Below are positions 9,636 through 21,511 of a stretch of 64,000 nucleotides of DNA, piece by piece (the stretch's first letter is position 1; every line of letters begins with the position of its first letter). Both the position numbers and the translations under genes were made by a program. The stretch comes from Massalongia carnosa (taxonomy: Eukaryota): contig OZ287071.1 in the NCBI GenBank assembly GCA_965645245.1, positions 558,001 to 622,000 on the forward strand. The letters are read 5' to 3'. Below the pieces are notes generated by a model. It ran no database searches. It was not told the DNA's origin and worked only from the letters and a program-made list of their open reading frames with translations.

Positions 9636-12555
9636 CTAAGGGCTTGGCGACCCGTCTTCATACCTTGGTGCATCGTCGCCGCCCCAAGCGGGTGTCTCTG
9701 GCTCTCCACTATATGGCGTTGGCGCTTCGCCTGCATATCCTGAGAATTTCGGCGTTGACGCTACGGGTGCCGGTGTAGCAGGTGTGTAAACGTTTGATGG
9801 AGTAGGCGCAGCATGTGTATCCTTCCCCGGGGTAGGAGGGTCCCAAATACGGCTGTTAGCTGCTGTGTTAATCGTTGTTGCACTGGCGGATGAGGCGGCT
9901 GGGTCCCATGCGGGAGTTCTCTACACGCGAGACATCGTAATTAGTAGATGTTCTGAGGGGACAAGAGCAAAGGGGGGAGCGCTATAGACTTACACTGCCG
10001 GATGCTGTGGTTCCACCATACGAGGTTCTCGCGCCTGGGTCCCATGCTGGTGTTCTCTATCCGAACGAGATTATAGTAAGTAAATGCTGTAGTAAAGGGG
10101 CCAAAGCAAGAGACTAACACCCCCGGATCCTGACGTTCCACCATATGTGGTACTTCCACCATATGCAGTTCTCGCGCCTGGGTCCCATGCTGGAGTTCTC
10201 TGTGAGGAGGATTCTTAAGTCAGCAGGTGCTTAGACGTAAAAGACGGTAGGGGAGAAAACAATAGACGTACACCTCCAGATCCTGCAGTTCCTCCATATG
10301 CCGTTCTATTGCCAGCAGCATGAGCGCCCCAGGCCGGTGTTCGATTTCCTTGAACTGTAGGTACTGGCGTACGATTACCCGACCACTCAGGAACCCTGGA
10401 GGTGTTGGCCCCTGGAAAACGGCCTCGGCCACGGTCACCTCTTCCGCGATAGCCACCATAGCCTTTCACTTCAATAGGCTGACCGGTTATAGGACTAAAA
10501 ATGGTTAGCTCCAGTCTCATATTCTATACGTTGAGTAGCAGCATACTCCTTAAAGCCTAATGCATCTTTCGGTACAGAAATAATTGCACTCTTGGTGTAT
10601 AATTCAACCCGCCCTATTTCGTCGGTAGTGTACCTTACCCTACCAAGTAGACCTTTGTATTGTCCCTTCTTGATGATGACGGTGTGGCCCGCGGCGTAGT
10701 CTGGAGCATCATAAGTGTATTTGGTTTTTGGTGGCGCCATGATGTCTTGCCCAGTTGCCCCGTTCCGCTGCAAAGCTGGATTCATCTTGGTAAAGTCGGG
10801 CCCATAACTATCACTGGAAGCCTCTCTCAAGTCTTTACTGAAGACAGTGATCTCCTGCATCTCGTGGTCTGTCAAAATGGTAACTGTATCATCCTTGATA
10901 CAAACCACCATTCCTACCGCACCATAATAAGCGCTGCCACCAGATACCTGAACATGATCGCCCTCTCGGAATATCTTGCGTAGACCTTTCACTGGAACCT
11001 CAATGCTTTGCCCTTGAAGTTCTCCTTCGGTAACTTCTAAGGTGACGATATCTGCTCGAACGGACACCGTCTTGCCGCGGACACCTTGTTGCTCCCCTTC
11101 ATAGACTTCAACTATATCACCAGGCGAATAGCTCTTACCAGAAGAGTTCCTCTTGGTGCTAGCTAGGAGGGCTGACAAGTCGAGATTCTCGGTTCCATCT
11201 TCGGCTCCCGCTGTAAATTTGGTGACCTCCTCAAGTGTAGGATTGACGCCTTCAGTAAGGAGATGCTGGATCTTAAAGTCTTTGATCAAGAACCCGTTGA
11301 TATAGGTGTCTCCGTGGTAGGTCCAATGCTTCTTGTCGAAAGTAGACACTGCGTGGAGATACTTCGCCTCCTTCTTCTTAGCTTCGATCTCGCTGAACAA
11401 ACGCTGTGGTGGACGATATAAAGGTATTTTGACGCTGGCACCCGGTCGTTTCCGCTTTGCAGCATCTGCTTTAGCTGCGACAGTTGCCTTTGGCGCCTTT
11501 ACATCCTCGTTGAGTCCGTAGTCGAGACGAGGAACGAGCTTTAATGTTACATTTAGTCCATTAGTCTCAACGTCGTCAATCTGAGCCAAATCGAAAGCGT
11601 ATTTCCCTCGCTTCACCCGGACATAACCACCCGGCTGTAGTTCTTTGTTTTTGTTGACCCGAAGAAGATCTGGCATCTCTTTGATTGGAGACAAAACGAT
11701 CTTGGACCTTGGGAAGCAGTGATACACTCCCTCAAGGGCCTTGAACACGTCCGCCTGCCTGCGAGCTTCGATGAAGACCCAGCCAGGCATATGCCCACAC
11801 CTTTCAAACGCGCAGAATATTGGCGGAGCGTCTACACATCTAGCCCTATCCTCTGCTCTTTTCATTAAATACATCACAACCTCCTTCTCCTTGAGAGGCT
11901 TGGTTTTGACCATCCAGATGCTCGGGTCGTCAACAGTTGGCAATAAAAGACGCTTTGGTATTGTGACCGAATCGTTCGTTTGGGCTCGTTTGCTGCTATA
12001 ACGTTCGTTAAGAATTTTTGCTTGCTTCTCAGCGTCCATCTCCAAGTTCATCTCACGTTGGCGATCGAGCTCTCGATGTCGCCTATCATCCGTTTCAGCG
12101 CCAACTGGAAGGTCTGCAAGATCATCCGGATGTGTATCAGCAATGAATGGATCTGCTTGTCCTTCTTCGTCCTCTTCGTCACCCTCGTCTTCCTCGTCAA
12201 CTTCGGCTTCCACATCAAGATATTGGTTTCTAGGATCTCGGCGACTACGCTTTCGTGGCCGACCCTAAGCATAAGGTTAGACCTGCAATCTACTGTCAGA
12301 CGATATTCGACATACCGAGATCTCCTCTTCCTCCTCGTCTTCCTCCTCCTCATCGTCATCTTCTTCATCATTATCCTCCTCCTCGTCACCTACAACTCCG
12401 TCTTCAGCACCATCCACATTTGAACCATTGCCGCCCGGTGCAGCAGCTTTATCACGTGTAGCTTCGTTGTCCGAATCATCGGCAGGGGCAGGGTTAAAGT
12501 TGTCATCGTCAGATTCAGAGCCAAAATCAGCGCCTAGCAAGGCTGCCGACGACAT
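9636..12555 (-). CDS. SPT5: Transcription elongation factor Spt5 (six exons, ~869 aa; appears to lack KOWx-KOW4)
   Basis: Acidic N-terminus, NGN domain (LLPTVDDPSIW...EARRQADV), KOW1 (VRVKRGKYAFDLAQI...LVPRLDY), KOW2/3, KOW5 and RTPAW repeats. Exons 12555-12316, 12264-10547, 10494-10272, 10199-10119, 10056-9994 and 9920-9636, all with GT-AG junctions, summing to 2610 nt. Confidence 0.93.
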
Positions 12556-13240
12556 GGTTATTAAGGGTACCAGTTATTTTGTGATCAATACAAATGGTGA
12601 GGTATGAGAGAGAAGTTGAGAGGAAAGTGAGAGAGAATTGCAGAATGCAGAGATTAAGTAGGCATGAGGACTTAACTAATTACTTTGTGTTGACCCATAA
12701 GCGTCCAGCCAGTGTTGGAGATGGAATCCAGCCAAAAACGTACTAGCGGAAACCGGGAACTTTGGATGGCGTAAGTTTCGCCTATTATTAACGTAAACTC
12801 CAGCCACTGAAGCTAAACCTCTTCGGGGGTTTGTTCGTTTCATATGCCGCGTCAAATTCATTCAGTTTCGGCTTCTTAGGTCACGTTACATGATCAACTA
12901 CAGATAATCTCTCCCTCGAAGCAAAGGTCAACCTTAACCTCAACCTCCATCAAAACCGCCAACATCAAATATGCAGAAGAACTAAAAAGGGGCTATTGGA
13001 CTAATAGTATTGAAAAAAAACGAATCTGTTACCAACGCCGCACGGATTCTGAGCTCTGTAAAGAAGAACAGTGTCTTCCAAGCAGACGCCGATATGAACC
13101 TTCGGCCCTAGCTCTCCCAAGCCCATTCTCCGTTGATGACAGGCACTAGCTATGTAGCTTAAAACCCCTTAGATACCTTAGCATATCTTGGATGCGCTTG
13201 ATGAACCGTGGACCTGCCCCCAGAGTGCAGGCTCTTCTCA

Positions 13241-13981
13241 TTATGTTGTGTGGCTAAAGTCTCTGCCTAGCTCAGAACCACCGTTTTCATCTTCCCCCGA
13301 TTCTAATCTAACCACTACCAGAATGCCCTTTCCCTCAAGCTCAACCTCCTCACAATCCTCCCTCACCACCCCATTACGGTTCTGCACCACCACAAAATCC
13401 ACCCTCCGCCTACCTATAACCGCCATTGGCGCATGCCACGTTCCCGCCGCATACGTGACCGCCTGGCCCCCATGGGCCAAGAATACCCGTAAATTCTCCA
13501 AGTCCGGGCCGTCGCTCTTACCTGAACCCCCCCCGGTGGAAGAAAGCGTCGGCGCAACAATGACGAGGTAACTAGTCGAGGGATCCATGACGGAGAGGCC
13601 TAGCGGGATAAATGTTTGTGTGGTGAAAGGATGGCGCTCAAGGACGCTAATAGGAAACAATTGGCCAACCTCGTCTCCTGCGATGAGGGCTCGGGGAAAA
13701 CATACAAACATGCTCATAACGGGCGTGCCGGGGATCCCGCTCGGGGCGCGAGCATATCTGTTGGAAAGGGGAGAGACATCGATGAGCTTGAGCGCTGTGT
13801 TTTGGTTCGCGAGCATGGTTGTGGGCTGGTAGGAGGGCTCTGGAGTTTGCGGGGGTGGGAGTATGGGGTTTGTGATGGTGGGGAAGGGGTTTTCGATGAC
13901 GGTGCCGAATGAGGAGAAGGAGGATTGGGTGAGAGGTGAGTGATGGACTGTTTTCCTTTGAAAAGGAGTTGAAGTTTTCAT
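13241..13981 (-). CDS. DAL3: Ureidoglycolate lyase/hydrolase (purine/allantoin catabolism)
   Basis: 246-aa ORF with FSSFGTVIENP, ANQNTA, VLERHPFTTQTFIPL and QAVTYAAGTWHAPM motifs. Confidence 0.9.
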   Translation of the reverse strand: MKTSTPFQRKTVHHSPLTQSSFSSFGTVIENPFPTITNPILPPPQTPEPSYQPTTMLANQNTALKLIDVSPLSNRYARAPSGIPGTPVMSMFVCFPRALIAGDEVGQLFPISVLERHPFTTQTFIPLGLSVMDPSTSYLVIVAPTLSSTGGGSGKSDGPDLENLRVFLAHGGQAVTYAAGTWHAPMAVIGRRRVDFVVVQNRNGVVREDCEEVELEGKGILVVVRLESGEDENGGSELGRDFSHTT

Positions 13982-14065
13982 TGTGATCTTTGTTCATGAG
14001 CCAAGGCTCTGAAGCTCTGGTTACAGTTTTGTTTTACATATTTCTTAAATACGGGACTTCCTATT

Positions 14066-14242
14066 GATAAGGTATAACACGTGACCTTGAGCCAATTTCC
14101 AGCTGCTTGCTGCTGGCTTGAGTTCGATGACTATAAGGAGGATACAAGTCCATAAAAGCTGAACACTTGGTTTGTTCGGAAACTCCAGATTGACAATCTC
14201 CCTCCTGGATAAGAACAGGACAGGTTTCATACGATAGATAAA
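14066..14242. promoter_or_regulatory. Cluster of GATA sites plus a near-consensus UaY-type site upstream of the ureidoglycolate lyase gene
   Basis: GATAAG at 14066 and 14208, GATAGATAA at 14233, and TCGG-N6-CAGA at 14176-14189 (one mismatch to TCGG-N6-CCGA). Fits AreA/UaY control of purine catabolism, but the motifs are short. Confidence 0.35.
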
Positions 14243-14344
14243 TCCCATTCTCTAACAGCTTAAAGCCCCTGCAAGAAAACCCCTACGGTTTCCAACTCCC
14301 GTCTCCTTCAGAGCCACACCTCTTGTCCAAACCCTTCTCCCAAA

Positions 14345-15815
14345 TCACGGCGTCTGCAAAACAATAACCACCTTTGCTCCTCCCCCAGCACTCTTCTGCT
14401 GCAATGCCAGCGCGTCCCCTACGCCCTCAAATCCACCTTTCTCCACCACCTCGACCTCGTTTGGATGCAACTTGCCATCCTGCAGCAACCGGCCGATGAG
14501 GGTCACGTAAAAGGCGATGTCGTCGTTGATTGAGGGGTTGGCATCGATGGCGTCTCCGGATTTGCCAATAAGACCGAGCTCGATTTGATAGGTTATGAAG
14601 GCTTCTTCTTTGGCTTTGGGGGTCCTGATGTGGTATGATGAATATCAGAATGGTGCTAATGATTTCTTAACTGAGTAATGGTTGGATTTCTTACCAATCG
14701 TCAGTAGTAGCGAAATACTGCTTCTGCGAAGATGTGGAGATTTCCTTAAGGGCTCGTGCGGCAAAATTGGCTGATTTGGCGACAGTGTCGAAGACGCCGA
14801 AGAAGTTGCCGCCTGTGATGGTTTTCAGGTCCTCGAGTTGGTCGTCCTCACTCTTTCGGTAGTCGATGACCGCATCAGCGCCTAGCTTCTGAACGAGCTT
14901 TGCGGGTCCGTTTAGCGTTCGGCTTCTACACTTATAGTAGACAGTAACTCACGGATGTTGTTTTTGCTGAGCATGTTGCCACAACATTATAGCCGGAAAC
15001 TTTGGCAAGCTTTATGTTTGTTTTCTCAGCCTTGCAACGAATACCAAGACCTTTTCGTGTTGCTTTGCCATAGTATATCATACCTGTACTGCATATTGAC
15101 CCACACTTCCAGCTCCTCCCAGAATAACAACCCACTCATCCTTGACTTGTGGCAGCGCTTCAGGATCCGGAATCTTTAGTTTGAGGCCATTGAAAAGTCC
15201 AAGCGCCGCCGTCTTCATTTTGTTAGCGAATTATACCTTTCATTGACGTTATTCAATTATAACTTGCTTTATTTCCTACGCCAACGGCAGCCGCCTGCTC
15301 AAAAGAGAGCTGTTCGGGCGTCGGAATTGCGAGTCTTGCGTCCATAAGGAACTTTACAAGCACATCCCTAGAGGTTAGTCTTCTGCGGCTTTCATCCGAG
15401 TCTGGAGACAGGAACATACATATTCCTGAAAAGTGCCATACCCCGTCTCACCTAATCGGGTGCACCCGCAAACCCGATCCCCAACTTTGAAGAAAGGCTC
15501 TGCTTCCATGCCAACTTCAACGACAATACCGCTAGCATCACAGCCAAGAACCATAGGGAAGGAGGACACCAATGCGCCCGATATCATGAATGAGTCCCTG
15601 TCAAATCAATGATGTTTAGTCTTGTTCTTCATTAATCCCCTAGCCTACAAGACGAAAGGATAAACCTTAGAGCGAAGGTACTAGCGGACTTACACAGGAT
15701 TGATAGCCGTAGCGATTGATTTTACCAGAATTTGGTCTGCGGCAGGCTTGGGTTTCTCGATATCGGTCACTATCTCGTATGACGAGTTTGGAGCTTTTGT
15801 GATTGCTCCTTTCAT
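14345..15815 (-). CDS. Zinc-binding dehydrogenase / enoyl-reductase-like protein (MDR superfamily), multi-exon
   Basis: ATG at 15815 (MKGAITKAP...QILVKSIATAINP); PMVLGCDASGIVVEVG...FKVGDRVCG, VVILGGAGSVGQYAVQ, LGADAVIDY; ends GGAKVVIVLQTP-TGA at 14345; several GT-AG introns. Confidence 0.85.
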
Positions 15816-17053
15816 GACTGCGGCTTGGGGATGGTTTCCTTGATTTGTTGGTCTTTGGATGGGCAAGTTTTTGCTGTTGTTGTAGCTCTAAATGAAAATC
15901 TGGAGAGCTTGCAAATGGAATAGAAAGAGCTAAATTCTGTCGAGAAACTCTTTGCTTCGTAGATAATGAGTTGGGAGTTTGCCCCTCTCTATATGCTCTC
16001 CTTACCCACCCCCCATTTCGTCTCCTTTCCGCCCCCAATTAAAGGCAGCTTGAATAATTTCCCATGGCCTAGGCAGCACTCGACGCGTTCTCCCGTATTC
16101 GGACCAGTCTCATGATCGGGTTTCAGTCAGTCTTATGCAACACCCGGAAGTTTGGTATATGATTCGTAGTGGTGTTAACTAGCGCTATGGTCGGAGAGAC
16201 GGTGTTTATATATGCCGATAACGATAAGGGCTTAAACCCTACATCGGTGTAAAGAAATCCGTCCCTGCGAACATGTTAGCTGAAACTTAACGCATACAAA
16301 TATACAGGGTAGTTTACTATATATTGTAGAAGCACTTTTGGAAGGGGGCGGAAGCATCATGCCATTGCTAACACCACCATAAGTAGGTTGTCTCCATCCG
16401 TCAACCCCGAATTTTGAGTCCTTTTGTCTTTATAATGCCGTCAATTAGGTGATAGATAGCTAATATCTTGCTTTAGATGAGCGGCCGTACATCAGTTAGA
16501 GTCTTTCGACTAAGGTTGACCCCCTGCGTCTTAAGCTCGAGCTCAGGATGCTGTGTTCTGTAATTCCTAAACTTCGGTATTACTCTTGCCTGGGGTCTTA
16601 CCTAACCCACTTACTCTAAGATTATACCCGTCTTTTAAGCAGCGTTCTCCGGAAACTGGGTTGCGTTGGTCATCGTGACATCTAGCCCACTTGGGGCAAT
16701 ACAGACAGAAATATAGAACAAGGTTTTCTCAAAAAAAAAAAACTTTCACAGTCAAATGCGCCAAATGTTTGTTACGGAGAAGTTAGGATTGAGGCATCCA
16801 ACCAATCTTTTCTGCTCTGACATCTAAACTTTTCTTGATACCCTCTTTGTTGCCTCTATTCATATGGGAAGACTTGTAACATCTTGCTATAAACTATATA
16901 GCCTACTTTGAGATTGTAATGAGTATTACCATTCAAATTCGTTCCTATTTTAAGCAAGCAAGTCATTTGGTAATATAGATACAACGTCATGTGCCACTTT
17001 TGTTGCAGAACTGAAATATATGTACAAGTAGGACTTTAGATCATGGAGGACTC

Positions 17054-19113
17054 CTATTTGCTGAGCCTCTTCTCTCGAATGAACCCTAGATTCCTTTCTT
17101 AGCTTTGTCGTAATAAAATGGAGTCTCCCAGACATACAGCTACTGAGCATTGCAAGGGATACTGCGCCTAACATAAAGCCGAGCCCATTTCTTATGGCAG
17201 CGCCGTAGCAATGTCTTACAATATCTCGAGTCTCTGGCTCCAAAGCCTTGATGTACTCCAAGTTCTCTCGTACTTTCCTGATAATACGATCCGCATCTTT
17301 CCCGCTTTTTAATTGACGCCGAAGCTGTGTGCGTAGCGTTTGTTGTATGACTGTTGCCGACAATGACAACCCTATTACAGAACCCAGTGATCTATTGAGA
17401 GCCAATGATCAGCGTCGCTTTTAAATTCAATTAAGGTTGAATACCTAAAGAGGTAAGAACAAGCTGTTGTAATCGCTTGATCTTGGTGGGAAGCATTTGC
17501 TATTAACCCAATCAAGGAGGTTGTTATACCTATTCCGTTTGAGAATCCGCCAATGGAGAATCCTACCAAAATACCGTAGGTATTGTTGGCCACTATGCCG
17601 GTGAAAAGTAAAATTGGTATTAGCCCTAATGTTAGAAATGTATAAGCAGACACTGTAAGCCAATAATACTTTCCAGTCCTTTGCATTAGAACCCCACCAA
17701 ACAGTGACCCCGTTACACCGCTGGCAATTGCAGGTAGAATCCTCACACCAGCTTGAGTTGCCGTGAATCCATCTACTGCTTGGAAGAAAAGCGGCAAGTA
17801 GAATATCACCGACAGAAAACCTGCGAAACTGAAGAAATTGCAAAGATAGCATGCGACCAAGCTTTTCTCGAAAATGATACGCCCTGGAGCAAAGGGTTCT
17901 GCCGCGAGTTTCAATTCAACGAACACGAATGCAAGAAACAAGGGTAACGATAGGCATAAGCATACAATGCTTATTGGAGCTCTCCATGCTACATTGCTTC
18001 CACGGTCAAGTCCAAGCAAGAGGGTGAAGATAGCACATATCAGAATGAGCGCCCCTGGAAAATCCACGCGTCCAAATTTGGTTTTCCAGTCCATACTTTC
18101 GAGCTTTGGTAGTCTCAAAACGAACATAACGGCAATAAACGCCGTGGCACAAAGAGGAGCCTGTCCAAGGAAAGCCCTGGAATTAGTTAACCAACGTCAT
18201 GCACGACCTTTACGTAAAATTTCACCTACCATCGCCAGCCGATAGAGTCAGATAGTATACCACCTGTGAAAACATCATTATCTCATATTTCCGTGGAAAA
18301 TGAATCGAATCTAACCTAAGGGAGCGCCGCAGCCAGCCCCAGCAGCGAAGATAATATTGAGAATACCTTGCCAGGTACCCCTCTCACGAAGTGGAACAAT
18401 ATCACTTATCATGATTGATACAACGGTTGTCATTCCGCCGCCACCAATCCCAGCGAAAGCCTGCCGAATTAGTTTTTGGCCAAATGGTGAGGGGTGGTTT
18501 CACAGCTTACCCTTGCAGCGATTAGTTCATTGATGTTTCTTGCTAGCCCACACCAAAGGCAACCAATGCCAAATACCATATATCCAAAAAGAAGAACCGG
18601 CTTCCTTCCAAAAATATCGCTAAGCTTCCCGTAAAGCGCTTGAAACGAAGTGGACGTCAGGAAATAGCTAGCATACGATATCTGTCACCAAGGAGAGGCA
18701 TTGAGATAGATCATTGGAAATTCTTACACTGTTGAAATCCATGAGATCTTATTCAAAGCATTAAGATCACTGCCAATGGCCCCATAAGCACTAGCGACTA
18801 TTGTCTGATCTGCAGCAGAAAGAAAAATCTGAGGCCGGTGCTTAGCTGAAGTATTCGAAGTACAAAAGAGTGGACTCACCCCAATAGCCACAGCAGGTAA
18901 AATGAATCTCATCTGTTTCTTTACTTCAGGCAAACCTTCATACTGCATTTTCCGGTTCCCCTCTGCTTCCTGGGTTTCCTCATCGTTGCTTTGTTCTGAA
19001 TACTCATTAATGGGGCTGCCTTGCTCAAGACGTTGATCTAAAACATCCCCATTGTCTAGTTGAGAATCCCTAGATTTGGAGAGTAGTGGAGAGATTTCAT
19101 GAGGGCCATTCAT
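17054..19113 (-). CDS. MFS multidrug/basic amino acid transporter (14-TM DHA2, Vba/Azr1-like)
   Basis: IFLSAADQTIVASAYGAIGSDL, YGKLSDIFGRK, AGIGGGGMTTVVSIMISDIVPLRERGTWQG and many TM segments; multiple introns; ends FIREKRLSK-TAG at 17054. Confidence 0.88.
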
Positions 19114-19320
19114 TGCTTTCTACTTAAATTGGCTTGTGAGGATGGTAAGGAATTCGAGAAACTGATAGGCAGTGGTCTAAGATTTTAGGCAATATTATCA
19201 GTTGGAGAAATGACAAAACACTTAACATATATGGACCTGAGCTAGATCTATGGGTCCTGCTTGAATATCTCATTCGGGTTAGCGCTTAGTCGGACCAATA
19301 TGTAGAACTCTATTGTTGGA

Positions 19321-19393
19321 GTAATCGTCGGCTAGTCTAGAGGCGAACGCCTCGAGTCGGCACGAGGTAAGCGAAAGACTAGCCGACGATTAC
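19321..19393. repeat. Perfect 18-bp inverted repeat with a 37-nt spacer (MITE-like remnant)
   Basis: GTAATCGTCGGCTAGTCT (19321-19338) and its exact reverse complement AGACTAGCCGACGATTAC (19376-19393). Confidence 0.8.
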
Positions 19394-19700
19394 ATACTCG
19401 GAAGTTTGTCGTTTCTCTTCTGAATTAGACTACTGTTTATCAAAGCGCGTCAACTCGCGACACACTTTTGAGCGACGCGATTAGAATATTCTTTAAATCT
19501 CCGATTTTCTTCAACTTTGGCAGTCATTTCTGAGCGGCATGAGACGACTTAGGAGTGCTCTTCTAATGTCCCTAACCTTGATTCCTAGCTGCTGGCTAGA
19601 CCACAAACAGCACAGTAGGCGTACATAGGTACTATCGCAATAGACTGAGTACCCTTTGGTTGAAATTGAAATTGAATATAGATTCGCGTATGCTATGGAT

Positions 19701-21070
19701 CTAAGGTTTCTGAGGTGGGTCTTTACCATTGTTCGAGGTTTCCGCCTTATTGGAAACCTTACTCTCTAAACCTTCTGCATTCGCTACAGGGCCTCCAGGC
19801 GAATCTGCTTTCCTTGCCGTCAAAACCTCTACCCCATCTTCCGTGACAAGGAGCGTATGCTCAAATTGCGCAGTCCTCGATCCATCCTGCGTGACGCTTG
19901 TCCATTCATCCGGCCAAGTCTTATCTTTATACGTTCCCAAACTTACCATTGGCTCAATTGTAAAGCACATTCCGGGCTTAGCGGTTCCGACTGCTTTGTT
20001 CTTCGCATAATGTGGTACATTGGGCGCACAGTGGAAAAGTGAGTTAATACCATGACCGCAATAAGTCTTGATAACACTGCATCCCTTCGATTTTGCATGC
20101 TTCTCAATTACTCCGCCAGGGTCACGGAAGAGCATCCCAGGCTTGACTAGTAGAATTGCCTGATCGAGACACTCACGCGCTGTCTCCACCACTCGGACTG
20201 AGTCCACGTCCGCCAAGGCTTTTGGGCCAACATAATATGTCTCGTTCAAGTCCCCATGGAATCCACCATGGTACAAGGTCACGTCGAGGTTCAGTATATC
20301 GCCATCCAGAAGGACACGCTGATCTGGTATGCCGTGACAGATGACTTCGTTGGGTGAGGTGCAGACGGATTTAGGGAAAAATACATAATTCAGAGGTGAC
20401 GGGTATGACTACAGCACGTCAGTTACGACGCTGGAGATAGTGAGCTGGTACCAACATCTCTTTCTAAACACGCTCTGTGTACGACTTCATCCAGATAATC
20501 TGTCGTCACGCCAGGCTTAACTTCCTTCGCAGCTATGTCTAGAACTTCTCTTGCTAATCTGCATACTTTTCTCATGCCATCTTGCTGTTTCGTATCCAAT
20601 ACACTGATGTTATGCCGCCCGATGAACTTGCGCTCTGATTTCGGATTGCCATCCTTGGCGTAATCCGGATAAGGTATAGATTCTGGCACAGGTCTTCTGG
20701 GAGACAAAGGATATGCCGGCCTCAATGACCCAGTAAATGAAAAGGTTGGAAATGGATTGAAGAGGTTTGGCGCTGTAAAGAGCTTCAGATTTAATACTGG
20801 TGTTAAAGGCTGGGGGAAACCTACCTGAAGATTTATGCAATTTCTTATGATCAGTCTACCTGCAGATAAGCATATGTTCAACTTTACAACACAGACACAT
20901 GTACCTTATGAGGGTACAAGGAAGCCTACCCAACTCCTCTTGAAGCAATCTTGCGAGCAAAACGAGCTTTCTTTTCCAAGCTTTAAACATGTTGGACATT
21001 GTAAAGCGCCAGCTTCTTTCGAACAATCTAAACCTATACATGGTTTTTTAGAAGCTTCTACTGTCGCCAT
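19701..21070 (-). CDS. MAP1: Methionine aminopeptidase 1 (type Ib, N-terminal zinc finger)
   Basis: C-x4-C...QCPTC...[11 protein letters not shown] zinc finger; [47 protein letters not shown] and [10 protein letters not shown]. An alternative in-frame ATG lies at 21076. Confidence 0.95.
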
Positions 21071-21511
21071 TTCCATGGCTGGTGCTAGGTTAAGGCAAGC
21101 GGAAGTGGGAGTTTGTGGATGGTGTTTCAGTCATTACAGTTAAGTGTTACCTAAAATGGCCAAACACTAAAACCTGCTTGACCGGTCGACTTTTACTCAC
21201 CAATTGTTTTTAAGGTGGGTATTTTTTTTCTTGGAATTCCTGTCTACAATAACAATTACGCTTCATTATGAAGTACTAAACTTTACAATCAAATACTGCA
21301 TACGCTGATCCTGTGTTTTTGATAGGTTGAAAATCAAAAAAAACATTCTGATTATGCATTCAAATGCAAACATTTTAACATTTTTGTTGGTGTTCGGCTG
21401 TTTTAAAAGATTAGCTAATTTTAGCGTCGAAATCCATATTAAGCTTCCTCAAACGATCTTGGGATGTGTTAATTGGAAACAACTTAGACTCTGATCAATC
21501 TACATGTCGAA

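Noticed and set aside
9900..10200. Three spaced ~25-bp direct repeats resembling a CRISPR array
   Set aside because: Eukaryotic DNA; the repeats are Spt5 CTR exon starts and the spacers contain introns.
14345..19113. Enoyl-reductase-like gene next to an MFS transporter as a secondary-metabolite cluster
   Set aside because: No PKS, NRPS, terpene cyclase, tailoring enzymes or cluster TF in the window; flanked by housekeeping genes.
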